Virus genome (UHGV): UHGV-1943956
DNA: 17,807 nt
DNA from: a virus
Direction: 5' to 3' (one strand)
Below are positions 6,866 to 13,819 of this stretch, in pieces. The first letter of the stretch is position 1; each line of letters starts with the position of its first letter. The notes beneath the pieces are model-generated. The model was not told the DNA's origin. It did not search any database and was given only the letters and a program-made list of their open reading frames with translations. Both the position numbers and the translations under genes were made by a program.

Positions 6866-7136
6866 TTTTCTCTTCACTCCGATATACAAGGATTACTACA
6901 CCCCCTCTGCTGATTGCGCGAGCTGGATCCCCTGGTTCCATGCCGTCAATTCCGAAGGCTTCGGAAAACGCATTCATTGCCTTCTGGCGTTCATCCTGCT
7001 TACGGCGTTTATTCCATTTTTTCAGGAACAACAGCGACAGCCACCGTCCGCTGCAGAACACGATGTAAAAATAACCAAGGAGCGCCAGGCCGACATTCAG
7101 GGCCGTTTCTATGGTTAGTTGTGAGTCAGTTGCCAT
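6819..7136 (-). CDS. Hypothetical single-pass membrane protein (105 aa)
   Basis: Hydrophobic segment LNVGLALLGYFYIVFCSG followed by a basic KKWNKRRKQDERQK stretch. SD-like aggtaag upstream. Confidence 0.5.
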   Translation of the reverse strand: MATDSQLTIETALNVGLALLGYFYIVFCSGRWLSLLFLKKWNKRRKQDERQKAMNAFSEAFGIDGMEPGDPARAISRGGVVILVYRSEEKNDDHKTTSRKNHISP

Positions 7137-7374
7137 TTCTTACCTGTTTAAGTAACTGGTTGAACATAACACTTAGGGGATTGCTGTATCCAAACGGCAG
7201 ATTGTTTACGCAGTACAGAATCATTTTGTTTTTTTCTCCAGTTCGTACTATTAACCCATTCCACAATAACCGTGATAATTCATTACTGATAGAAGTTGCG
7301 CTTCTTCCAAGTGCGAGGGATATATCTTCTCTACTGCAATCTGGATTTTCCTGGATATACTCGATAACGGTCAT
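7126..7374 (-). CDS. Hypothetical small protein, possible winged-helix DNA-binding (82 aa)
   Basis: The ATG at 7374 has SD aaaggga 6 nt upstream, which I prefer over the track start at 7416 that has no SD. Segment SREDISLALGRSATSISNELSRLL is HTH-like. Confidence 0.5.
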   Translation of the reverse strand: MTVIEYIQENPDCSREDISLALGRSATSISNELSRLLWNGLIVRTGEKNKMILYCVNNLPFGYSNPLSVMFNQLLKQVRNGN

Positions 7375-7384
7375 GTGGTCCCTT

Positions 7385-7966
7385 TTACTTAATATCTGTT
7401 TCGGATTGCATGCCATGAGTATTCATTTCGTTAATAATTTCATCCAGAAGGATTTCAAGCCCTTCTCGACCCATATCTGAAAGAATGAAACCTTTATCAG
7501 GGGAAGTAGTGAGCATTTTCTGATAAAGAAACAGCGCTCTTCCCATTCCTTCAGTTTCGCCGTATTTTTGAATTAAATTCCATTCAATATACTGTTGTAA
7601 GGCAAATCGAATGGGGCCGGGATATATCGTCATAAACCCATACATCCCGTTATATACCACGGCGTGTTCAGTTGTTCCGTGTTCATTCAGGATATCAATT
7701 GTGCCGTTCTTGTCTTCTTCTTCGTTGATGAATGTCGTCACATACAACCATCGCCACTGAGCAACCTTCATCTCAACCGGAAGTTTACCCAGTAATCCTG
7801 CTTCGTCGGCTTGCGCCAGACACTGAAGGATACGTAAACCTCGCACATTAGGAGTATCGAATTCTCCGGCATCCAGACGACGTATGGCGTCGTGATAATC
7901 AATCGTCATACTGCCAGTTCGTATACCATTGGCTGTTGCTTCAGCCTGGAATTCATCGTATTGCAT
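7385..7966 (-). CDS. Hypothetical protein (193 aa), no recognisable family
   Basis: SD gagga upstream of the ATG at 7966. Starts 5 nt after the stop of the upstream 62-aa acidic ORF. Confidence 0.6.
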   Translation of the reverse strand: MQYDEFQAEATANGIRTGSMTIDYHDAIRRLDAGEFDTPNVRGLRILQCLAQADEAGLLGKLPVEMKVAQWRWLYVTTFINEEEDKNGTIDILNEHGTTEHAVVYNGMYGFMTIYPGPIRFALQQYIEWNLIQKYGETEGMGRALFLYQKMLTTSPDKGFILSDMGREGLEILLDEIINEMNTHGMQSETDIK

Positions 7967-7971
7967 GATAT

Positions 7972-8160
7972 TTATTCCTCATCTTCATCTTCATCTGCTG
8001 GTGCAATAACGTCATATCCTGCCTTTTCTGCAATAAACAGGAATGTTGAAAGAGTTCCTACAAGTTCATCGTCATGAACATGGCGAATGAATATTACTTT
8101 CCCGTTTTTGATGGTCAGCAATATTCTGGTTTGTTCGTGTTCTGCTGTTTTCTGATGCAT
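7972..8160 (-). CDS. Hypothetical small protein with polyacidic C-terminal tail (62 aa)
   Basis: SD gggag upstream. C-terminus APADEDEDEE. Immediately precedes the 193-aa gene. Confidence 0.5.
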   Translation of the reverse strand: MHQKTAEHEQTRILLTIKNGKVIFIRHVHDDELVGTLSTFLFIAEKAGYDVIAPADEDEDEE

Positions 8161-8354
8161 TATTATCTCCCGTATGCTTTACGCAGAAATAAGCAGGCAA
8201 TATGCATGTAATTTTCACCGTATTGTGCAATAAGGCAGGCGGTCTTGTGTGATGCCATATTCTTTATAAAAGTCACAATAAAGCCTCCTGTGGTTTAAGG
8301 TTGTAACAATCCCCGGCGATAAAACCGCAATAAACGTTCAAGGCATATTTGTTG

Positions 8355-8720
8355 TTATTGCGCTAATTCTTTTTCGGCAGCAGCTTTTGTATACTCACAT
8401 GCAAAACTCAGAATTTCGCTGCCGAGTGTTTTCGTTTCGTGATTACTGGACATATGTAATACCTGTGTTGCATGCAATAAATGATAAACATTTACCGCAA
8501 ATGAATCAGGCTCCAGGCAAATGCCTTCGTAATTATCTTGCTGTGAGGTTGTTTCTGTCATTGCTCCTGAAGTGCATACGAGCCTGTTTTTGACAATTCT
8601 CTTTTCTCTAATCACTATATCGGCAACATCTATTGCCTTTACAACCTCCGGGAGAAGTTCCGGGTTTGTATAATCAAAGTCATCAACATGGAGAACAGTT
8701 ATGTTTTCGAACTTTTTCAT
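8355..8720 (-). CDS. Hypothetical protein (121 aa)
   Basis: SD gagga 5 nt upstream of the ATG at 8720. No family recognised. Confidence 0.55.
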   Translation of the reverse strand: MKKFENITVLHVDDFDYTNPELLPEVVKAIDVADIVIREKRIVKNRLVCTSGAMTETTSQQDNYEGICLEPDSFAVNVYHLLHATQVLHMSSNHETKTLGSEILSFACEYTKAAAEKELAQ

Positions 8721-8848
8721 GGTTTCCTCAGCTGACTTATATGTTCTGCTATATAGCGAGTCTCAGAAGTGTTTTCATATTGAGACTGTTTCCGCAATGA
8801 TTGATAAAAATGTTCGCATGTACCTTGAGGGGCGAAGCGGCGATTATG

Positions 8849-9352
8849 TCACCATTGGTATTGGTTCTTCCGTAGAAGAGCTTCGCGAGATAAGGGGCAA
8901 ACTTGTTGAGATGCGTCATGGTGTTGCTGCTCCTCACTTTTTGGTTGCTCCGGAGGAGTAACCTCACCAGTTAACAGCCACATCGGATCGCAGCCAAGAA
9001 TATTTGCCAGTGGGATAAGCATACTGATAGTTGGTTCATACTCTCCGCTCTCCCACTGGATGATAATTTCTTCATCGAGATCGAGCAGCCTGGCGAGTTC
9101 GGCGGTTGTTAAGCCGCAGGCTTCGCGTTGGGTGCGAAGACGGGTGTTGATTGCAGAATTTTTGTTCTGTAAAAGCATTGCTGACGATAGCTTTCTGGAT
9201 ATGCTATTTGTCATATCCCATGCCAGTCCTGCGCATGACTCTATATCGCTAGAGAGCGTAGCATCAGGTGTTGCTTTTGCTATTAGTGTAATGAGGCTGC
9301 CGAGGTTTTTCAGTTCTTCGAGACAGTCAAGAGTTGTAGCTTTATTGATCAT
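8849..9352 (-). CDS. HTH (XRE-type) DNA-binding protein with N-terminal extension (167 aa); first gene after the left operator
   Basis: Central HTH segment LRTQREACGLTTAELARLLDLDEEIIIQWESGEYEPTISMLIPLANILG. SD-like gaggt upstream of the ATG at 9352. The internal ATG at 9178 is an alternative start. Confidence 0.55.
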   Translation of the reverse strand: MINKATTLDCLEELKNLGSLITLIAKATPDATLSSDIESCAGLAWDMTNSISRKLSSAMLLQNKNSAINTRLRTQREACGLTTAELARLLDLDEEIIIQWESGEYEPTISMLIPLANILGCDPMWLLTGEVTPPEQPKSEEQQHHDASQQVCPLSREALLRKNQYQW

Positions 9353-9392
9353 GAGATGATACCTCAGTTACGAACTTTGTTTTATGGTAACT

Positions 9393-9431
9393 AAGGTATC
9401 AAGGTGTGGCAAGTGATTTTTGATACTTTGG
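9393..9431. promoter_or_regulatory. Left operator/promoter region (OL/PL-like)
   Basis: Inverted pair AAGGTATCAA (9393-9402) and TTGATACTTTGG (9420-9431) shares the TTGATAC core with the sites near OR. It lies directly downstream of the repressor gene and upstream of the leftward operon. Candidate -35 and -10 hexamers on the minus strand overlap it. Confidence 0.45.
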
Positions 9432-9455
9432 TTTCTTTTTGTGTTTTGTGTCTGG

Positions 9456-10112
9456 TCAGAAAATATCCCACCTGGCATCAACCACAACACCTACTATTTC
9501 GCAATCATTGTCCATTTCTATGATTGGATATTGTGGATTAAGGGGCTTTAGAAACGCCTTTCCCATGTCAGAAATATATTTTTTGAATGTTGCTTCATTG
9601 GTAGATTTTTTTCTGGCGATGACGTAACACCCTGAAAAAACTTCTTTATCTGGGTTGACAAGGATCGACATTCCTTCAGGAAATGTTATTCCTACGGGCG
9701 AAGTCATTGAGTCTCCGTGCACTTCCAGCCAGAACCCCCTCTCACCAGCGTATTTTACAGAATGCCTCCAATTATCCTGATCATACATGTTGTAGTCATC
9801 ACCAGAAGTTGCGAATAATCCTGCCTGAACCCAGTTAATTACAGGGTAAGAGTGTGCTGTGTCTCTCTGTGGGCAGCTCTTAACATTATTTTCCCAATGC
9901 TTATCTTTTTCATCTCCGTTCTGAAGCCACTGCGGTGAACACCGCAGTGCAGCTGCAACTTTAAAAAGGGTGTCACCGTTGAAACTTTTTGTAAGGCCTT
10001 GCTCGGCTTTACTGATTGCAACTCTGGTGATCCCAGCTTTTTTAGCCAACGCATCTTGTGTTAACCCAGCTTTTTGCCGTGCGTTGATGAGACGTTCACC
10101 TAAAGACTTCAT
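9456..10112 (-). CDS. CI/LexA-type phage repressor (N-terminal HTH_XRE, C-terminal S24 peptidase)
   Basis: The ATG at 10112 has SD aggag 7 nt upstream. HTH segment LTQDALAKKAGITRVAISKAEQG. Ala-Gly candidate cleavage site in VQAGL. S24 catalytic motifs GDSM (Ser) and FKKY (Lys). Flanked on both sides by operator repeats. Confidence 0.85.
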   Translation of the reverse strand: MKSLGERLINARQKAGLTQDALAKKAGITRVAISKAEQGLTKSFNGDTLFKVAAALRCSPQWLQNGDEKDKHWENNVKSCPQRDTAHSYPVINWVQAGLFATSGDDYNMYDQDNWRHSVKYAGERGFWLEVHGDSMTSPVGITFPEGMSILVNPDKEVFSGCYVIARKKSTNEATFKKYISDMGKAFLKPLNPQYPIIEMDNDCEIVGVVVDARWDIF

Positions 10113-10134
10113 TTTTCTTCTCCTCTCATGGCTG

Positions 10135-10208
10135 TTGATACTAAAGTAACAGAATTTCTTGATACTTTGGATTCCTGTGGTTAACATCGTTGAATAACAA
10201 AGTATCTG
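10135..10208. promoter_or_regulatory. Right operator/promoter region (OR with divergent PR and PRM-like promoters)
   Basis: Three copies of the operator core: TTGATACTAAAG (10135-10146), TTGATACTTTGG (10159-10170) and an inverted GATACTTTG (10198-10206). A plus-strand candidate PR has TTGATA (10159-10164), a 17-bp spacer and TAACAT (10182-10187). Confidence 0.5.
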
Positions 10209-10223
10209 GTGTGAGACTAAAGA

Positions 10224-10451
10224 ATGACCCTTTATGAAATATTAAAAATTCAATTTAAAACCAATGCCGCTATTGGTCGCAGGTTCCCAAAGAAAGGAAG
10301 GCCTCGTGGCAGTCAAGGTGTTGGAAAGTGGAAAACGCGAGGTGTTCCGGAGGATGTTGCCATTCTTTGTCATCTGGATCCGAGCATTCCATATACACAC
10401 CCAAGTCTAGCGAATACAGAAGATGACAAGCCCACAGGAGACCAACAATGA
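10224..10451 (+). CDS. Hypothetical small basic protein at the cro position (75 aa)
   Basis: Its stop overlaps the start of the next gene (ATGA). It has a weak SD and no obvious HTH, and could instead be an untranslated leader. Confidence 0.3.
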   Translation: MTLYEILKIQFKTNAAIGRRFPKKGRPRGSQGVGKWKTRGVPEDVAILCHLDPSIPYTHPSLANTEDDKPTGDQQ

Positions 10452-11155
10452 ACACCGCAATTTTTAACGGCAAAGCATCCATGACCAGCGTTGAGATCGC
10501 AGAGCTGGTGGGAAGCCGACCAGATAGTGTTAAGAGAACTATTGAAACACTGGCTAAAAAGGGAATCATCCAATTTCCACAGACTGTGGAAATTGAGAAT
10601 AAACAATCACTTGGGCCTCGCCGATTTTCTAGCGCGTATGTATTCGAAGGTGAACGAGGTAAGCGCGACAGCATCATTGTCGTCGCACAGCTCTGTCCTG
10701 AATTCACATCTCGCCTGGTAGATCGCTGGCGCGAACTGGAAGAACAGATCCGTAAGCCAATGAGCGAAATCGAAATGGTTGCCGCGATGGCTCTTGAAGC
10801 CGTTCGCCAACAGAAACGGATCACTCAGGTGGAAGAAAAAGTCAGCCACGTTGCTGAAACAGTCGAGCAAATTAAAAAGGGCACTATTCGTGAGGGCTAT
10901 GCCGGATATCGCCAACTGAAAGCAAAAACCGGTTTGTCAGATGATAAATGCCGCAATCTGGTGAACGCCTATCAAATTCCTACAGACACCCATGAGTTCA
11001 TGACGCCGGACGGATTGTTGTCACGTCGCGCAATTGTTGCTGTGGAACCGTTTATGGCTGCTTTTTATCGGGTTATGGAGGAAGCAGAACCGCGAGGGAC
11101 TCGCTGGTATCACCCGAAAATGGGGTTATTTCAGGTTATTGGTTGGCAGCGGTGA
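10448..11155 (+). CDS. Putative phage regulatory protein with Rha-like N-terminal DNA-binding domain (235 aa)
   Basis: SD aggag 9 nt upstream. N-terminal MTSVEIAELVGSRPDSVKRTIETL matches the pattern of the Rha N-terminus seen in the next gene. Confidence 0.6.
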   Translation: MNTAIFNGKASMTSVEIAELVGSRPDSVKRTIETLAKKGIIQFPQTVEIENKQSLGPRRFSSAYVFEGERGKRDSIIVVAQLCPEFTSRLVDRWRELEEQIRKPMSEIEMVAAMALEAVRQQKRITQVEEKVSHVAETVEQIKKGTIREGYAGYRQLKAKTGLSDDKCRNLVNAYQIPTDTHEFMTPDGLLSRRAIVAVEPFMAAFYRVMEEAEPRGTRWYHPKMGLFQVIGWQR

Positions 11156-11343
11156 AAAAAAGCCGGGAGTAACCCGGCTCACTCAACATCAATAACGGGG
11201 AGCTGTTTCGCATAAAACGGCTCCGAAACATCCAAGAACAGTTCTAAAGATATCAGCAGCTATATGATCATTTCAAGACCAAATATTGATTCTGCAATTT
11301 CGGGACGTTACACTGTCTCCGCACCTTATAAAGCGGGTGCCGG

Positions 11344-11369
11344 GATTGGCGTCCTGAAATTCGCACATG
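11344..11369. repeat. Direct repeat copy 1 (GATTGGCGTCC...AAATTCGCACATG)
   Basis: GATTGGCGTCC at 11344-11354 and AAATTCGCACATG at 11357-11369. Both segments recur at 11509-11549. Confidence 0.6.
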
Positions 11370-11374
11370 CGCAT

Positions 11375-11397
11375 AACCGCGCTTCAGCGGTTTTTTT
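11375..11397 (+). terminator. Candidate intrinsic terminator inside the rightward operon
   Basis: AACCGC-gcttca-GCGGTT stem-loop followed by TTTTT, lying between the two direct-repeat copies. Confidence 0.4.
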
Positions 11398-11508
11398 GCG
11401 CACGTTTCCTCACATCCAAATTATGGTGGGGCGTGCAGGGGCATCGAAAGATGCGCCGGGGTCATGTGCGACCGGTTACGCCAACCCTGTACGTCTCACC
11501 ACCTCTGT

Positions 11509-11549
11509 GATTGGCGTCCCATGTGGTGAGTTTTCAAAATTCGCACATG
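11509..11549. repeat. Direct repeat copy 2 (with 15-nt insertion)
   Basis: GATTGGCGTCC at 11509-11519 and AAATTCGCACATG at 11537-11549, ending 12 nt before the Rha start codon. Confidence 0.6.
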
Positions 11550-11560
11550 AGGATGTCACT

Positions 11561-12112
11561 ATGGCAACCACCCCTACCCAAACTCACCCTAAAATTGATG
11601 TTATCCATGGGAAGGCTGTTACCTCTTCTTTGGCCGTTGCCGAATATTTCTGCAAGCAGCACAAAAACGTTATTCAAAAAATCCAGACGCTTGAGTGCTC
11701 TGTTGAATTCACTGAGCTGAATTTTCAGCCCAGTGATTACACCGATTGCACAGGCCGCAAACTACCTTGCTATCAAATCACCCGCGATGGCTTCGCGTTC
11801 CTTGCTATGGGCTTTACTGGCAAACGTGCAGCCCGGTTCAAAGAGGCATACATCAACGCCTTTAACCAGATGGAGAAGAATTTATCTGGTGCTGACGCGG
11901 TTGATATGTCAGCTGTCGCACGAAACGCCAGAGGCGTATACCTGCATTTGCGTGAAATCCATCAAATCTGGACAAGCCAGCTTTATCCAATGCTTAAGGC
12001 CGTTGAATCTCCGCTGGCTAGCAAACTGTACGACCGTGTTGGTGATGCTGTTTTTGGCGCTGCACTTGTTGATTCCAGGCTGAATGGTTCTGACAAGGAG
12101 GTTCGCCCATGA
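11561..12112 (+). CDS. Phage regulatory protein, Rha family
   Basis: The ATG at 11561 has SD gagga 8 nt upstream. Sequence VTSSLAVAEYFCKQHKNVIQKIQTL...GRKLPCYQITRDGFAFLAMGFTGKRAARFKEAYINAFNQMEK matches the Rha family signature. The 99 upstream in-frame codons of the track ORF are treated as non-coding. Confidence 0.8.
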   Translation: MATTPTQTHPKIDVIHGKAVTSSLAVAEYFCKQHKNVIQKIQTLECSVEFTELNFQPSDYTDCTGRKLPCYQITRDGFAFLAMGFTGKRAARFKEAYINAFNQMEKNLSGADAVDMSAVARNARGVYLHLREIHQIWTSQLYPMLKAVESPLASKLYDRVGDAVFGAALVDSRLNGSDKEVRP

Positions 12113-12303
12113 TTAGTTACGAAATCATCATCTCCACTACGGAATACAGAAACGATGTATCAGTTCGCACGGATGTATCTGTCTGGCACCGTCGCTATAA
12201 ATCCAGAAAAACAGCGGAACTGAAAGCGGCAGAGATGTGTGAAACCATCTCAATGAAAGGTAGCCCGGTTAAATACGTAACTACGGCGGAGGTGCGTCCA
12301 TGA
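12109..12303 (+). CDS. Hypothetical small protein (64 aa)
   Basis: ATGA overlap with the Rha stop. Part of a tightly coupled operon. Confidence 0.5.
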   Translation: MISYEIIISTTEYRNDVSVRTDVSVWHRRYKSRKTAELKAAEMCETISMKGSPVKYVTTAEVRP

Positions 12304-12524
12304 TCCGCCACATCGTTAATTCCCTGTATCACCGATACAACCGTTGCCCCCGTGTGGGGCAGTGGTTCGCCACCAGCAACGGTCACGTTCTGCGGGTTTG
12401 CCTAGTCAACGCTGAAAGCCAGAAAGTCGTGTGCGAACTACAGGGGCGTAGCTACACCATCAGTTACCCTCTGGCGGTATTTCTGTCTGGAAAAATGTTT
12501 AAGCGTCTGGGAGGTGTGGCGTGA
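12300..12524 (+). CDS. Hypothetical small protein (74 aa)
   Basis: Start overlaps the upstream stop. In-operon position. Confidence 0.5.
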   Translation: MIRHIVNSLYHRYNRCPRVGQWFATSNGHVLRVCLVNAESQKVVCELQGRSYTISYPLAVFLSGKMFKRLGGVA

Positions 12525-12820
12525 ACTGTTTTCAGTTTGTGTGCGGATGTGCTTTCGATAACCCGATTCAGCGCCTGATTATGTTGCGTGTTTTGATGTC
12601 GGGTTCTTCAGACGGTGAAGGCGAGAGAGTTATTGATCATCAGGTGCTTGCTGATTTCTGCTGTTGTTCTAAGCAAGCGATATTCAGGGAAACCCTGGCA
12701 CTGGAAAGAGCTGGTTATCTTCATATCCGAAAAATTGCAACGCTTACTATTGATGCAAAAGCCAGACTACAACCTGCGCGTGGCTACACAATTCTCATGC
12801 CGCGGAAGGAGGTTGTATGA
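12521..12820 (+). CDS. Hypothetical protein, possible DNA-binding (99 aa)
   Basis: GTG start preceded by ggagg. Its stop overlaps the start of the O-like gene. Confidence 0.55.
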   Translation: MNCFQFVCGCAFDNPIQRLIMLRVLMSGSSDGEGERVIDHQVLADFCCCSKQAIFRETLALERAGYLHIRKIATLTIDAKARLQPARGYTILMPRKEVV

Positions 12821-13809
12821 GCCGTTACGCCCCCACACCGGAAGTTATGGCTATTGGTCAAATTAATATTTCCGGCAATGTTACACCTGCGAACTGGTGG
12901 AAATATATTCGACTACCCAGTGGGCGTCCGGATGCGACGGCTATCGCTCTGCTTTCAGAGATCGTTTACTGGTACCGCCCGACAGAGGTCAGGGATGAGC
13001 ACACCGGAGCGTTGCTGGGATATCGCAAGCGTTTTCAGGGCGACAAACTGCAAAGAAGCTACCAGGCGTTTGCTGAGCAGTTTGGTTTCGGGAAAAGGGA
13101 AACCGCAGATGCGCTGAAGCGTCTGCGCGATGCAGGGTTTATTACTCTGGATTTACGCACGGTGGAAATGCTCGATGGGGTGAAATGCAGCAATATTTTG
13201 TTTGTCGGGATCAACCCACAGGCAATTGCGGCCATCACCACACCTTCTTCTGTTTCGCCAGAAAGTAACAGCAATAATGCAATCAGCGATACAGCTATTA
13301 CGTTAAAACGGAACACCCCCCGACGTCATAACGGAACAGGGGATACGCCGAATGTTGATACAAATACAGAGATTACTACAGAGATTACAACGGAGACTAA
13401 AAACACTATTGATGCGTCCGCTGACGCGTCTGCGCCAGCGCGTTCTGCCCGACAGGAATATTCACCGGAATTTGAACAGGCCTGGCAGGAATATCCCAAA
13501 CGTGCTGGTGGCAATTCCAAGTCAGCAGCCTTCAAAGCCTGGAAAGCCCGTATCAGGGAGGGAATAAAACCGGAGACCATGCTTGATGGCGTGAAGCGGT
13601 ATGCCGCTTGGGTACGTGCTACAGGAAATACCGGCACACAGTTCGTGAAGCAGGCTGCGACGTTCTTTGGACCCGATCGTCACTTCGAAGATTACTGGCA
13701 ACAGCCAGCCGCTCACGGAGGTGGGCGACAGCGACAGGTCGATGTCCTGGCTGGCCTGGGAGCCATGTCTGACAAATTCGGTAAATCCAGTAACAAATTG
13801 ACATTCTGA
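12817..13809 (+). CDS. Putative replication initiation protein (O-like replisome organiser)
   Basis: Strong SD ggaaggagg. Directly precedes the DnaC-like and DnaB-like genes. Has a low-complexity linker (TEITTEITTETK, DASADASA) and a conserved-looking C-terminal block EFEQAWQEYPKRAGGNSKSAAFKAWKARI. Function assigned from position and architecture. Confidence 0.65.
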   Translation: MSRYAPTPEVMAIGQINISGNVTPANWWKYIRLPSGRPDATAIALLSEIVYWYRPTEVRDEHTGALLGYRKRFQGDKLQRSYQAFAEQFGFGKRETADALKRLRDAGFITLDLRTVEMLDGVKCSNILFVGINPQAIAAITTPSSVSPESNSNNAISDTAITLKRNTPRRHNGTGDTPNVDTNTEITTEITTETKNTIDASADASAPARSARQEYSPEFEQAWQEYPKRAGGNSKSAAFKAWKARIREGIKPETMLDGVKRYAAWVRATGNTGTQFVKQAATFFGPDRHFEDYWQQPAAHGGGRQRQVDVLAGLGAMSDKFGKSSNKLTF

Positions 13810-13819
13810 GGTGACAGCG

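Noticed and set aside
8701-9359. Plus-strand ORFs 8701..8961 and 9060..9359 opposite the HTH gene
   Set aside because: They overlap the minus-strand HTH gene and the inter-gene spacer, have no SD and contradict the operon direction set by the operators.
10112-10187. Upstream extension of the repressor ORF (track start at 10187, MLTTGIQ...)
   Set aside because: The extension would run through the operator and promoter repeats and has no SD. The ATG at 10112 has a good SD and begins directly at the HTH domain.
10270-10915. Minus-strand ORFs 10270..10824 and 10607..10915 antisense to the first Rha-like gene
   Set aside because: Antisense to an SD-supported gene in a coupled operon. Likely a chance open frame.
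11264-11560. A 99-codon N-terminal extension of the Rha ORF
   Set aside because: The extension contains the terminator-like hairpin and direct repeats, has no SD at 11264, and the Rha family signature begins right after the SD-supported ATG at 11561. Retained as a finding because the open frame is unusual.
13366-13401. Tandem 12-mers considered as a possible CRISPR or minisatellite array
   Set aside because: Only three imperfect units with no spacer and repeat structure, and they lie inside a coding linker. Reported instead as possible ori or linker repeats.
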